Source of the DNA: a bacterium
GTDB taxonomy: Bacteria > Fidelibacterota > Fidelibacteria > Fidelibacterales > Fidelibacteraceae
Direction of reading: 5' to 3'
Assembly (NCBI GenBank): GCA_963676395.1
Contig: OY781066.1
Coordinates: 1,664,001-1,728,000 of the forward strand
DNA: 64,000 nucleotides
The position numbers were made by a program, and so were the translations under genes. Every line of letters starts with the position of its first letter. Position 1 is the stretch's first letter. Positions 38,355 through 49,187 of the stretch are shown here, piece by piece. The notes below the pieces were generated by a model, which ran no database searches, was not told the origin of the DNA, and saw only the letters and a list, made by a program, of their open reading frames with translations.

Positions 38355-39179
38355 ATGTCCAAAGGTAAAATTGGCATCTTCGATAGCGGTTTAGGCGGCC
38401 TCACTGTCTATAAAGAGATCAGGAAATTGCTTCCCGATTACGATTATCTGTATCTTGGAGATTCTGCCAGAACGCCCTATGGTACTCGCTCTTTTGAAAC
38501 CATTTATCATTACACTCAGCAGGGTGTTGAAAAACTTTGGGATTTGGGTTGTCCACTCATTATTCTAGCTTGTAACACGGCGTCCGCGAAAGCATTGCGC
38601 AGTATTCAGCAGAAAGATCTCGTCGAAAAATATCCCGATCGTCGGGTTCTCGGTGTGATCCGTCCTTCGGTGGAGGTGGTGGGGGAGGCATCTAAAACGC
38701 GAAAAATAGGACTTTTTGGCACCACTGGAACCGTGAGATCGGAATCCTATAAAATGGAATTTGATAAACTATTTCCTGACCTTGAACTTTTCCAGGAAGC
38801 TTGTCCCATGTGGGTACCGCTGGTTGAGAATAATGAGATCGATACGCCGGCTGCAGATTATTTTGTGAAACGACATGTGGAGCATCTTTTAGGCAAGAAT
38901 GCTGATATCGATACGATCATTCTGGCTTGTACGCATTATCCCATGTTGGTTGACAAAATCAAACAATATTTGCCCGACGGAATTCGCGTGATGGATCAAG
39001 GTCCGCTGGTTGCCGATAAATTGGCAGATTATTTGCAACGCCATCCTGAGATAGAAAGCCGGTGTGCCAAGAACGGCAAAGAAGAGTTTTATACTACCGG
39101 TTCAACGGAATTGTTTAAGAAGAATGCTTCGATGTTTTTCGGTAAGAAGATTTTGGCGGGACACATAGAATTAAAATGA
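38355..39179 (+). CDS. murI: Glutamate racemase
   Basis: FDSGLGGLT, PYG, ACNTAS, LACTHYP. Confidence 0.96.
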   Translation: MSKGKIGIFDSGLGGLTVYKEIRKLLPDYDYLYLGDSARTPYGTRSFETIYHYTQQGVEKLWDLGCPLIILACNTASAKALRSIQQKDLVEKYPDRRVLGVIRPSVEVVGEASKTRKIGLFGTTGTVRSESYKMEFDKLFPDLELFQEACPMWVPLVENNEIDTPAADYFVKRHVEHLLGKNADIDTIILACTHYPMLVDKIKQYLPDGIRVMDQGPLVADKLADYLQRHPEIESRCAKNGKEEFYTTGSTELFKKNASMFFGKKILAGHIELK

Positions 39180-39227
39180 TATAGAGATGCGAGATTATGA
39201 GCATCTGCAGGGCCGAAGAAAGAATTC

Positions 39228-40496
39228 ATGCAAGATTACCTCTCCGATTTATACAAAAAACTCTCCGGCAAAATGAAGCTGGGGCGACAACGGGCCGAAA
39301 TGCTCATGCGGGAGCTGGGGCATCCGGAAAAAGCTTTTCCTTCGATACATATTGCCGGGACTAATGGCAAAGGCACTGTGACTACGGTTGCGGCTGCTAT
39401 TTTACAGCAATTGGGATATAAAACCGGCAAATTCACATCACCGCATTTAATGCGTTTTAATGAGCGGATCTCTGTTGCCGGCAAAGAGATCAACGATAAC
39501 TATATCAAATTGTTTTTAGCAAATCATGATGACTTGTTAGAGAAAAGCGAGGCCTCCTTCTTTGAGGTTACCACCGCTTTGGGCTTCCAATATTTTAAAG
39601 ATCAAGCCGTGGATATCGCGGTGGTGGAAACGGGTCTGGGCGGTCGCCTGGATGCGACCTCGGTATTGACTCCCGATGTTTCCGTGATCACGACCATTGG
39701 CTATGACCATACCGCCATTCTTGGTGAAACACTTCCCGAGATCGCAGCCGAAAAAGCCGGGATCATTAAAGAGGGGAAACCCGTGCTGACCTTGCCGCAA
39801 AGTGAAAAGGTGCTGAATGTTTTTCGGGAAAAGACCGATCTGCTGAGTATCGTAGATCCTAAAGATCTCTTTGCCGATGTAAAACAAACACCTCAAGGGA
39901 TGCGTTTTAATTATCTACCGGAAAGTAGAGAATTGCTGTTTCCGATATGCGGGGAGCATTTGCTGGGAAATATCGGACTGGCTATTGCGGCCGTTGAATG
40001 CTTTCTTGGAAAAAAACTCAAAGCGGATGATTTGCAAAAGGCATTTGATATACTTAGTTGGAAAGGTCGTTTTGAACACCTGTCTTTCGATCCGCCGGTG
40101 ATCTATGATGTAGCACATAATTTTCAGGGTGTGGCGGCTTTTTGTAAGACGGCTATGTTGGTGTATCCCGATAGGGGTTTTATTGCCGTAATGGGACTAT
40201 TAGACGATAAATCACCGGAGAAAGTGATGCAAGAATTGTCTGTTCTAAACGGCAAGATCATTCTTGCACCCGTCAACTCGCACCGCTCGATGAGTATGGA
40301 AAAACTACAGGCTTTGGCCGAAAATTATCCCGGAGTTAAAACGGCAGACTCCGTGACGCAAGCGTGCGAGCGAGCATACGACAAAATGAAAGAAAACGAT
40401 GTTCTGCTTATCCTTGGCTCGCATTATATAGCGGAAGAAGTCTACGGATTTACGAATAATCGAATGAGTGAACATTCGAATGAAATAATCGATTGA
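39228..40496 (+). CDS. folC: Folylpolyglutamate synthase/dihydrofolate synthase
   Basis: HIAGTNGKG, FTSPHL..FNERI, ETGLGGRLDAT, EKAGIIK, GRFE, DVAHN, GSHY. Confidence 0.95.
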   Translation: MQDYLSDLYKKLSGKMKLGRQRAEMLMRELGHPEKAFPSIHIAGTNGKGTVTTVAAAILQQLGYKTGKFTSPHLMRFNERISVAGKEINDNYIKLFLANHDDLLEKSEASFFEVTTALGFQYFKDQAVDIAVVETGLGGRLDATSVLTPDVSVITTIGYDHTAILGETLPEIAAEKAGIIKEGKPVLTLPQSEKVLNVFREKTDLLSIVDPKDLFADVKQTPQGMRFNYLPESRELLFPICGEHLLGNIGLAIAAVECFLGKKLKADDLQKAFDILSWKGRFEHLSFDPPVIYDVAHNFQGVAAFCKTAMLVYPDRGFIAVMGLLDDKSPEKVMQELSVLNGKIILAPVNSHRSMSMEKLQALAENYPGVKTADSVTQACERAYDKMKENDVLLILGSHYIAEEVYGFTNNRMSEHSNEIID

Positions 40497-40575
40497 CGAA
40501 TGAGTGAATAAACAGACAGAACAATCGAGTGACGAATGAGTGAGCAATCGAATGCTTGATTAATCGATTGTTCAA
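40452..40575 (+). repeat. Degenerate octamer-period tract overlapping the folC 3' end
   Basis: GAATAATC GAATGAGT GAACATTC ... GATTGAC GAATGAGT GAATAAAC ... GAACAATC GAGTGAC GAATGAGT GAGCAATC. Confidence 0.7.
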
Positions 40576-40789
40576 ATAGTCTTGTCTTGCATCTCCAATA
40601 TAAACAAACAACTACGATTAAAATTGTAAAAGGTAGAAATACTTGACAATGTAGCTATGTAGGTGTAGTTTTCGTTAAAGAATAATTAAAATGTGAACAG
40701 ATAATGAATCACTCGTCCTCTGTTCAAAAAAATAGTAGCTTGAAATGATAGCTCTATTCGTATAAATGATGTTAGTAATGGAAAAGTAA

Positions 40790-41824
40790 ATGAAAAGAGA
40801 ACTGCTACTAATCATAGTAATGTTTAGCATTATGATTTTGTTTAATGCATGTATTTTTAAACCAAATAATTCCAATGAATTCTACTACCTATATGTTGGT
40901 AATTGGGATAATGATGAGGTGTTTATCATCGACACAGAGGATAACTCCGTTATTGATACACTCGATGGTTTTGGACATGTTTGGGATCTAGCTATAACTC
41001 CGGGTGGGAGTAAACTCTATGTAAGTACCAGAGAAGGTATGTATAATCAACCTGGTGCTTTATTTTCTGTAGATTTACAAAGTAAGACAAAGAGAATCAT
41101 ATTAAACAGTGCTGCAGATGTTTTTATTAGTCCATCCGGTACACCACTTGTTATCGCGCATATTCCTAATGATACCATGGCGCAGGTGGGATTTATTGAT
41201 ACTTTGACGGATCAGATTAGTTTTATTGATAGTCTGAATATTTTAGATCAATCAATTAATTATCAGAATTTAGTTTTTGACCCAATAGAACCTATTTTTT
41301 ATGCTTGGACAAATCAACATTATTTATTTGGATATAATTATAATTGCGAGGGAATAGTTCATCTTTTTAACTCGGAATCGGTATCTGAAGAGATGATTAT
41401 ATCAAAAGATGGTAAATATATATTTTTTCCTGATAAGACATTAGATATAGTAAAAGATTCAATTATTGCGACTTGGGAAGGCAGAAAAGGTACAATGATG
41501 CAAAGTAATGATGGAAAAACTTTATACCTTACTGATTATGGGAATCCCTTTTCTACTTTGCTTGCTCCCCCTAGTGGTTTGGTAAGAGTTCTAGATTTAG
41601 AGACCTATACTATCGTTAATTCTATGAGTTTTAATGAAGCAGCGGAACATTATTATCCGCATTTAGATAGGATGATAATAACTCCAAATGGAAAAAAGGC
41701 CTTTGTAAGTAGCCCCGCTGAAATATTTAGTGTTGATCTAAATAGAAATATAGCTGTGAGTATCTTTAGACCGGTAGTAGGTAATTCTTGGTTTAAACCC
41801 ATTGTAGTTGGGAAAAAACCTTAA
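40790..41824 (+). CDS. YncE/YVTN-like beta-propeller lipoprotein
   Basis: Lipobox FNAC; blades LYVGN, LAITPGGSKLYVS, ISKDGKYIF, SNDGKTLYL, ITPNGKKAFV; AT-rich. Confidence 0.78.
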   Translation: MKRELLLIIVMFSIMILFNACIFKPNNSNEFYYLYVGNWDNDEVFIIDTEDNSVIDTLDGFGHVWDLAITPGGSKLYVSTREGMYNQPGALFSVDLQSKTKRIILNSAADVFISPSGTPLVIAHIPNDTMAQVGFIDTLTDQISFIDSLNILDQSINYQNLVFDPIEPIFYAWTNQHYLFGYNYNCEGIVHLFNSESVSEEMIISKDGKYIFFPDKTLDIVKDSIIATWEGRKGTMMQSNDGKTLYLTDYGNPFSTLLAPPSGLVRVLDLETYTIVNSMSFNEAAEHYYPHLDRMIITPNGKKAFVSSPAEIFSVDLNRNIAVSIFRPVVGNSWFKPIVVGKKP

Positions 41825-41939
41825 GTATCCGTATCTTTTCCTACGGCATATTCTTAAGAGAGACCGGAGATCCGCTACAGCCAAATGTTAATCCGATGGC
41901 AAACCAATTTGGAGAAAAAGCTTTAATGTATTAAATTAT

Positions 41940-41980
41940 TGCTTATCCTTGGTTCGCATAATATTGCGGAGGAGGTTTAT
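41940..41980 (+). pseudogene. Duplicate of the folC 3' end (40405-40445)
   Basis: 34/41 nt identical; LLILGSHNIAEEVY versus LLILGSHYIAEEVY; 6 of 7 differences synonymous. Confidence 0.85.
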
Positions 41981-41997
41981 AGTTGGGTGGGGCAATT

Positions 41998-42215
41998 TAC
42001 CCCGACGAATGGAGGGGTAATTCAAAGGTAACCCGGGATGGGATCCCGGGAGAAGAATAATCCAAACATCAACAACCCTGAGCGAAGTCGAGGGGTTGAC
42101 CTGCGATACATAGATCAACCCTTCCATAAAGTCAGCTTGTAAACTTTTAGCATGGACGTTCTCAGGATTTCATCCCGGGGCAATAACAAATAATCCCTCG
42201 ATAACCTCGGGGTTT
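41998..42215. repeat. Cluster of degenerate REP-like palindromes
   Basis: ACCCCG...GGGGT, CCCGGGATGGGATCCCGGG, CAACCC...GGGGTTG, AATCCC...GGGGTT. Confidence 0.6.
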
Positions 42216-42220
42216 AAAAT

Positions 42221-42574
42221 ATGGAGAAAAATATGAATAACTGCATCTTTTGCAAAATCGCCAATAAAGAGATCCCCTCAACCGTCGTTTACGAAGACGA
42301 TGATGTTTTGGCATTTAAAGACCTTAATCCTCAGGCACCCGAACATGTACTCATCATTCCCAAACGGCATATCGCACGCATCGAAAATCTGCAAGAAGCC
42401 GATGCCGATGTCATGGGCAAGGTGATGGTCGCAGCAAAAAAAGTTGCGGACAAGCTCGGACTTAAAAACGGTTACCGTTGCGTATTTAATAATGGTTCCG
42501 ATGGTGGTCAGGAAGTGGAACATATCCACCTTCACCTGATGGGCGGACGGAAATTTTCTTGGCCTGCGGGGTGA
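42221..42574 (+). CDS. Histidine triad nucleotide-binding protein (HinT-like)
   Basis: CIFCKI, DLNPQAPEHVLIIPK, GQEVEHIHLHLMGGR. Confidence 0.95.
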   Translation: MEKNMNNCIFCKIANKEIPSTVVYEDDDVLAFKDLNPQAPEHVLIIPKRHIARIENLQEADADVMGKVMVAAKKVADKLGLKNGYRCVFNNGSDGGQEVEHIHLHLMGGRKFSWPAG

Positions 42575-42767
42575 GAATTGAGGACTTGCGTGCTGAAAAT
42601 GGGAAAATAATAATGCAAGATACATGGACGCTTCGAGACGAGCGTCTTTCATAAATCAATATGATCATTCTAGCGTTTAAATATGTTTGTGCCTTAGTGT
42701 GAGATGTTTTCTTTGATTGGTGCCTGTTTTGTCTTAAATTACACGGTTAAATTTTTAAAATAACATT

Positions 42768-45700
42768 ATGTTTATATCTAAACTGGAAATTGTGGGCTTT
42801 AAATCTTTTGCGACCAAAACCGTTTTGCAATTTGGTAAGGGCGTAACGGCAGTGATCGGACCGAACGGCTGTGGTAAATCCAATGTCGTTGATGCGATCC
42901 GTTGGGTGATGGGCGAACAAAAAACACATACCCTTCGCTCGGAGTCCATGGTGGATGTGATCTTTTCCGGTTCTAAACATCGAAAACCTCTGAACTATGC
43001 TGAGGTAAATCTTACCATTCATAATGATGACGGTAAGCTTGGACTGGCTTATACCGAGGTTCAGGTTGGCCGTCGTTTATACCGCGACGGTTCTTCGGAG
43101 TATTTGCTTAACGAAGTACCGGTTCGTTTAAAAGATATTCAGAACCTTTTTGTCGATACAGGTATGAGCTCTAATGCTTATTCCGTAATTGAATTGAAAA
43201 TGGTAGAAGAGATCCTTAACGAAGATAAAATCCAGCGAAAACTACTTTTTGAAGAAGCCGCAGGTATTACAAAGTATAAATCTCAGCGTCGCTCTGCGAA
43301 ACGAAAACTTGATGCGACCCAAGAAGATCTCGCAAGACTTGAAGATATTATTTACGAAGTTGAAAGCTCGGTTCGTGGCTTGAAACGTCAATTAGGTCGC
43401 TACGAACGCTATGAAGGTTATGCCGAAGAACTTAAGAAGTTAGAGCTTACCTTAGCTCAGACCAACTGGTACGATTACGAAGATAAGATAGTCCCCCTGG
43501 AAAAGCAGTTATCCAATAATCAGATCCGTAACGAAGAAACCGGTAAACAGCTTGGTATCGAAGAAGCCATGTTGACCTCATACAAACAGGAGCTTGAAAA
43601 GATCGAAGCGGGTATGAATGAGGTGAATGATAAGCTGCAGGAACTAAATGATAAGTTTAATTCCGAATCTTCTAAAAAATTGGTTTGGCAGGAAAAAATC
43701 GGGAATGCGCAAAGTAATAAGGTCCGCTTGCAAAACGAAAAAGAATCTGCAAAGATCCGACTTCAATCCAATATAGAAATGCAGGAAAATCTATCATCAC
43801 AATTGGGCGATGATGATCCTGAATTGGTTGCGATGCGCGAGGAACTCGAAAAAGTGCGTGAAAATTTTGAAGAAGTTCAAAGCATCTATCAAAATGCTTC
43901 TCATCGTCTGGATGAGTTAAGGCAAGATCTTCGTGAACAGCAAAATCAGTTGGGGAATTCACAGCAGCAAATCCTTCGCCTGCGAGATCAACGTAAACAA
44001 TATTCGCGATTGCAGGATGAAGAGCTGCAACGTCGTGAGCAATTGATCTCACGCTCAGGCTCACAGGAAGAACAAGTTAAGTCACTCAAAGTTGAATTAG
44101 AGAATAAAGAAAAAGAACTCGAAGAGGCCAACGCTCAGGTAGAACAATGTGAAGTTGAGCGACGAGCTTTTGAGTCAAAAATACAGACCCTTAATTCCGA
44201 GATCGTACAAAGGCAGACGGCATATGAACGAAATCGTTCCGATGCCGCATTTTACAAAGACCTTGTAGAATCGCTGGAAGGTTACAATCCGGGTGTTAAA
44301 TATGTAATGAAAACTATGAAGCATTCGGGCATTCGTGGAACGGTTGCGGAGTTGATTTCTGTAGATAAAGAATACGGTACAGCGATAGAGATCGCTCTTG
44401 GAAATGTTGCAAAATATCTGGTAGCCGAAACTAAATCAGATGCCATGGATGTGGTTGACGAATTAAAAGCAAAAAAACGCGGGCGAGTCAGCATTGCTCC
44501 AATGGATGTAATGAAGAAACGCCTCAAAGACCCCTTAAAGAATCCTTTTCACGATTCAAATATTTTAGCTCATGCCGTTGATATCGTTTCGGCTGAAGGC
44601 GATAATCAATTATTGGTTGATTATTTTTTGGGTAACGTATTGATCGTTCGCTCATTGCGCGATCTAAGTGAAGCTGCATTAAAAGATGCCCGATTCCGAT
44701 ATGTTACCCCCGAAGGTGATTACATGGATGGACGTGCCATGATTCGCGGTGGTAAGGGACAGGGACAAAACCAGCAGATCATTGGTCGTCAGGAAAAATT
44801 GAAAGAACTGAATGAGTTTGCCGAAAAGCTCAAAGATGATCTTGAATTTTCTAAGAAATCGCTTTCTGATCTCGAAAGGGCTCGTCAGGATCTTATCAAG
44901 AAAACCGGAGAAGTTTCGCGACACTCCAAGCTTATTATGCAAGAACGTCTTGAGGTCGAAAAGAAAATGTCGGCATTATCATATGCTGTAAATCATCATC
45001 ACGACAGTATGGAAGAGATTGATCGCAAGGTCGAGGATTATGCCGGACGCATTCTTGAAATAGATAAGCAGATGAGCTCATCGGAAGACCTTCTTGCTAC
45101 AAGTAAGATCAATGAAGAAAAAGCTCAAAAAGATCTGGAAAGATATCGTGCGGAATATGAAGATATTTCATTTCAACGTGATAAGTTGAACAATGAATTA
45201 CAGGATATGCGTGTTTCATTGATCGCAAAAGAAAAAGAAAAGGACAATGTCCGTTTTCAATATAAAAATGCGACAGCAACCATCGAAGAGATGAATAAAC
45301 GACTTCTTGAGATTGATGAACAAGTGAAAAGCTTGAATGATTTGATCAGTGAAGGCGAGAGCAATACTGCGGAGCTTGATGTTAGTCTGGAATTGCTTCG
45401 CTCTAAGCGAGATGATGCTCGTGAGCAACGTGATAAAGTTTATAAAGAATTGAGTGTGAAACGCGATCAGATCCAACAGGTCGAAAATGCGATTGCGGAA
45501 TATCATCGGAATCGCGAAGATGCTTTTGAGACCCTTCGGGATCTGGAAGTCCGCGTTAAAGATCTCCAATTACGACAGAGTCAGTTGAAAGATCGCATGT
45601 ACGAACGATATCATATTGATATTCTCAAGAAACCTTATGAACCTATGGATATGGATAGGCGTGAGATGGAAGAGAAAATAGAAAAGCTTACACATCGCAT

Positions 45701-46328
45701 TGAGCTGATCGGCCCCATCAATATGGCAGTTCGTGAGGAATACAATGAACAATCCACGCGACTCAATTTTCTTAAGGAACAAAGAGCTGATCTTTTGGGT
45801 GCCGAAGCCAGCATCAATGAAACCATTGATAAACTTGATAACGAAGCACGAAGGCAATTTACCGAAATTTTTACACAGATCCGGGAGAACTACAAGAAAA
45901 CCTACAAACTGTTCTTTGCACAGGGCGAATGTGATGTGCGCTTAGAAGGTTCCAGTGATCCGCTTGAAGCTGATGTGGAAATATTCTCTCGTCCCAAAGG
46001 TAAGCAAATGAAGTCGCTTCGTGCGCTTTCCGGTGGCGAAAAAGCCTTAACCGCTATTGCTCTACTATTTGCTATTTATCTTGTAAAACCATCACCATAC
46101 TGTATTCTAGATGAGGTCGATGCTCCTCTTGATGACACCAATGTAAAACGCTTTACGCACGCATTGGAACACTTTACCGACAAAACACAATTTATTATCG
46201 TTACACATAACAAGCTGACAATGAACGCATGTGATTATTTATATGGGATCACAATGCAAGAAGAAGGTGCATCTACTGTTGTCTCTGTAAAATTCAAAGA
46301 CAGCGAACTCGATAAGCTATTAAAATAG
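42768..46328 (+). CDS. smc: Chromosome segregation protein SMC
   Basis: GFKSF, GPNGCGKSN, FEEAAG, hinge with glycine motif, LSGGEK, LDEVDAPLD. Confidence 0.97.
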   Translation: MFISKLEIVGFKSFATKTVLQFGKGVTAVIGPNGCGKSNVVDAIRWVMGEQKTHTLRSESMVDVIFSGSKHRKPLNYAEVNLTIHNDDGKLGLAYTEVQVGRRLYRDGSSEYLLNEVPVRLKDIQNLFVDTGMSSNAYSVIELKMVEEILNEDKIQRKLLFEEAAGITKYKSQRRSAKRKLDATQEDLARLEDIIYEVESSVRGLKRQLGRYERYEGYAEELKKLELTLAQTNWYDYEDKIVPLEKQLSNNQIRNEETGKQLGIEEAMLTSYKQELEKIEAGMNEVNDKLQELNDKFNSESSKKLVWQEKIGNAQSNKVRLQNEKESAKIRLQSNIEMQENLSSQLGDDDPELVAMREELEKVRENFEEVQSIYQNASHRLDELRQDLREQQNQLGNSQQQILRLRDQRKQYSRLQDEELQRREQLISRSGSQEEQVKSLKVELENKEKELEEANAQVEQCEVERRAFESKIQTLNSEIVQRQTAYERNRSDAAFYKDLVESLEGYNPGVKYVMKTMKHSGIRGTVAELISVDKEYGTAIEIALGNVAKYLVAETKSDAMDVVDELKAKKRGRVSIAPMDVMKKRLKDPLKNPFHDSNILAHAVDIVSAEGDNQLLVDYFLGNVLIVRSLRDLSEAALKDARFRYVTPEGDYMDGRAMIRGGKGQGQNQQIIGRQEKLKELNEFAEKLKDDLEFSKKSLSDLERARQDLIKKTGEVSRHSKLIMQERLEVEKKMSALSYAVNHHHDSMEEIDRKVEDYAGRILEIDKQMSSSEDLLATSKINEEKAQKDLERYRAEYEDISFQRDKLNNELQDMRVSLIAKEKEKDNVRFQYKNATATIEEMNKRLLEIDEQVKSLNDLISEGESNTAELDVSLELLRSKRDDAREQRDKVYKELSVKRDQIQQVENAIAEYHRNREDAFETLRDLEVRVKDLQLRQSQLKDRMYERYHIDILKKPYEPMDMDRREMEEKIEKLTHRIELIGPINMAVREEYNEQSTRLNFLKEQRADLLGAEASINETIDKLDNEARRQFTEIFTQIRENYKKTYKLFFAQGECDVRLEGSSDPLEADVEIFSRPKGKQMKSLRALSGGEKALTAIALLFAIYLVKPSPYCILDEVDAPLDDTNVKRFTHALEHFTDKTQFIIVTHNKLTMNACDYLYGITMQEEGASTVVSVKFKDSELDKLLK

Positions 46329-46642
46329 GTGCTTTATATAAGCTTTTGGCTTCGTATTTTCAGTGATAATTATTATGCAAATGATTTCCGCTTTTATGGT
46401 GATTGTATGTGCTATTACGATATTGATAAAGCTTTTGAAAATTTTTAATATATAAATAAAGGGCTATGAGGCCAAGAGGCGGGGTCCTGTTGATATCTCA
46501 CGTAAGTAGGACGAAGAGCGCTAAAAGATCATGAAATATGGATCTATGAAGGCGTGCGTGGGGAAATGCAGTTTATATTTGTGATACCTAGGGACGGGGT
46601 GAATATGAGCTGATCTAAAGCAATTTAGAGGGGGAATTACGA

Positions 46643-47347
46643 ATGCAAATTAAAAGGATGTGCCTACGGCCGGCGCAAGGAATTATTAATTTACTCAGGT
46701 CGATCATAGATTTCATTTATCCACCCATCTGTATGATATGCGGCGATATGTCGGATTTTCAACCTTTTGTATGCAATAAGTGCTTCAATAAAATTCCTAA
46801 ATTTGATGCGACACCCGACTCGATCCGCTATCATAAAGGGCATTCTGTTAAGCATGTTATGGCATTGTACTATTTCGATAAGGTGCTTCAAAATATTATT
46901 CATCATATCAAATATCAGGATTCGGATTATATGGCTGTTTTTCTGGGTAAAGAATTAGGGAAATATTATAAAGATCATCCCATTTCTGATTGTGATGCGT
47001 TGATACCTGTACCGCTTCATTCCGCAAGAAAGCGTGAGCGAAGCTATAATCAGTCTACCTGCCTTGCACGTGGGATCGCATCCGTTTGGGGTGTAGATGT
47101 CATTAAAAACGGTTTAAAGCGTCAACGATATACCAATACCCAAACTAAATTAAATAAAGATGAACGGCAAAAGAATATTAAAGATGCTTTTATTGTGCGG
47201 CGCGCCGAATGCCTACCCGCGCGCGTTTGTATTGTTGATGATGTATTTACGACAGGTGCAACCACCATGGAAATTGCGCGTATTCTCAAGAATGCTGGCG
47301 TAAAAGAAATTAGTATTCTTTGCCTTGCGACGCCATATCATGATTAA
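46643..47347 (+). CDS. comF: ComF family protein (zinc finger + PRTase); start uncertain
   Basis: YPPICMIC..CNKC, PVPLH, RERSYNQS, VDDVFTTGAT. Confidence 0.9.
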   Translation: MQIKRMCLRPAQGIINLLRSIIDFIYPPICMICGDMSDFQPFVCNKCFNKIPKFDATPDSIRYHKGHSVKHVMALYYFDKVLQNIIHHIKYQDSDYMAVFLGKELGKYYKDHPISDCDALIPVPLHSARKRERSYNQSTCLARGIASVWGVDVIKNGLKRQRYTNTQTKLNKDERQKNIKDAFIVRRAECLPARVCIVDDVFTTGATTMEIARILKNAGVKEISILCLATPYHD

Positions 47348-47482
47348 ATATTTAGAATGATTATCATGAATGAGCGGGTATCTTTGAATTACCTGGAGCT
47401 GCCTTTGCATTAGTTTGAAATCGTTATTATGTAGCGAATCGTAGTCGAAAGGTCTATTTATAAGATTAATATTTAAAATGAT

Positions 47483-47512
47483 AAAAAAAGCCTCGGGAAT
47501 AAACCCAAGGCT
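47483..47512 (-). terminator. Intrinsic terminator after the PspC gene
   Basis: AGCCT.GGG...CCC.AGGCT stem with a T-run on the minus strand. Confidence 0.6.
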
Positions 47513-47535
47513 GATCAATTCTTTTAGTAAAGATA

Positions 47536-47739
47536 TTACTTGAAAATATTTTTTGATGGAATAATTACCCAGCAAATTAAATAAACAAGAGCAGCGGGGA
47601 ATATTGCTGAGAAAATCCCAATGAAAACAAATAATACTCTGATAAGCGTGACATCGATATTGAAGTAATCGGCAATGCCGGACATAACGCCGCCGATCAT
47701 GGCATTGTCTATTGAGCGATATAATTTCTTCTGTGTCAT
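47536..47739 (-). CDS. pspC: PspC domain protein
   Basis: KKLYRS...MIGGVMSGIADYFNIDVTLIRV...YLICWVIIP. Confidence 0.9.
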   Translation of the reverse strand: MTQKKLYRSIDNAMIGGVMSGIADYFNIDVTLIRVLFVFIGIFSAIFPAALVYLICWVIIPSKNIFK

Positions 47740-47975
47740 TTTTATATTTCCTTCTATTGCTTTTACAAAATACGATATTTATGATTTGTTGTCAAGGGAA
47801 TGAAATAAAGAGTACCTTTGTTCCTATTAAAATATATCAAACAGCCCACGTTGAATTAATGTGTTAAAAAAACATTAGCTCGTTAATACAATTATAATCA
47901 TTTTTATTCTGCTGTTTTATCTAAGGGGAATTTGCCGGAATTTCATTTTGTTTAAATAAAAAAATCCGTCAAAAT

Positions 47976-48002
47976 AAAAAAACCTGTCTTTCGACAGGTT
48001 TT
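47976..48002 (-). terminator. Terminator after tRNA-Asn
   Basis: AAAACCTGTC-TTTC-GACAGGTTTT. Confidence 0.8.
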
Positions 48003-48012
48003 CTTTGCTCCG

Positions 48013-48084
48013 CTCCGGGAATAGGATTCGAACCTACAACCTAGTGGTTAACAGCCACCCGCTCTACCGTTGAGCCATCCCGGA
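48013..48084 (-). tRNA. tRNA-Asn (GTT); CCA not encoded
   Basis: TCCGGGA acceptor stem, anticodon arm GTGG-CTGTTAA-CCAC, T-arm GGTTCGAATCC. Confidence 0.95.
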
Positions 48085-48401
48085 ATATTACCCATTTGGG
48101 TCAAAAAGCCAGCTAATTTAATTAGAATTGAGTCCCCAGTCAATAAAAAAATGTAGTCTACCATCTTTTTTATGTTTTAAAAAAATGTGACCTGGATCAC
48201 ACTTTAAAAATCGGACTTGAATTTAGTGACAATCATCTCTATTTTCTCCTAGAAAACAATCAAAATTGGCAGAAAAATGGGATCAACTTTACATCTGAAT
48301 ATGTCGGATATTCTTACCATTCCGGGATCTGCGGCATATGCTCATCCTCCTTAGCGATGGGATGTGCTAATCCATAATAATTTAATGAAAGAGGGGTTTA
48401 G

Positions 48402-49178
48402 ATGAAAAACACCATAAGGATCTTATTGATCGTAATTATTGTTCTGTTTGCGTCTTGCGGCCATCCTATTTCGGGACCGCAGCAGAGGCTGGAAGAACTA
48501 AAACAGCATTATGACGAAGTTGGTTTTTGTCATAATCAAGAACTTGATGTACTGAAACATGAGTTTCATAAATGTGATGATATTACCCTTGAGAGTGCAA
48601 AAGCATTGATCGAAACACATTATCAACAGCTTGATCCTGTATTCTCAAATAGTGTTGCAGAAGGATTGTTTAACTATATTGCTAATGCTTCAATATTGGG
48701 TAAAAGTACCGTTAATGCCGAGTTGATTGACCTTTTAGCTGATAGCCTTGAACTCTATGCGCGCTATCCCGAAGTATTTGATTCGATGTCCTATGTTTTG
48801 GATATGAATATCTCAGTTCGTGAAAAATGCCATAATCTCGAAAAAATTTATCTATTTGCAGATCAAAAGGCAGTAGATGATGAAGATAAGGATGCATTGA
48901 TGAACGGACTAAGTACGACTATTCATTCGTTGGAATACTGGGAGAATAATTATCATGATTGGCATGAAACGCTTACGGGAAATATGGCAAAGCCTAGCTT
49001 AGGAATAGTAGGTGCCATAGGAATTATCGATGGAGCCGGAGCTGTCGTTGGAACTATCGAAGGTTTTCGTGATATACCCAAAGGTACGGAAAAACGAGGG
49101 CGAAAGATCGTTGGTCGGGCTGTCGGTGAGGGAGTGAAAACATCCGCCTTTGCTGTTTTATCATTAGTATTATTGTAA
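48402..49178 (+). CDS. Hypothetical lipoprotein with glycine-rich hydrophobic C-terminal helices
   Basis: Lipobox FASC; C-terminus GIVGAIGIIDGAGAVVG...GRAVGEGVKTSAFAVLSLVLL. Confidence 0.75.
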   Translation: MKNTIRILLIVIIVLFASCGHPISGPQQRLEELKQHYDEVGFCHNQELDVLKHEFHKCDDITLESAKALIETHYQQLDPVFSNSVAEGLFNYIANASILGKSTVNAELIDLLADSLELYARYPEVFDSMSYVLDMNISVREKCHNLEKIYLFADQKAVDDEDKDALMNGLSTTIHSLEYWENNYHDWHETLTGNMAKPSLGIVGAIGIIDGAGAVVGTIEGFRDIPKGTEKRGRKIVGRAVGEGVKTSAFAVLSLVLL

Positions 49179-49187
49179 AGGTTAATT

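Noticed and set aside
38186..38404. Minus-strand ORF with SAISYQL repeats
   Set aside because: It is a translation of the heptamer array, antisense to murI and the four-helix gene.
46462..46520. Hammerhead ribozyme-like CTATGAGGCC-AAGA-GGC
   Set aside because: The CUGAUGA core is incomplete and the GAAA element is missing.
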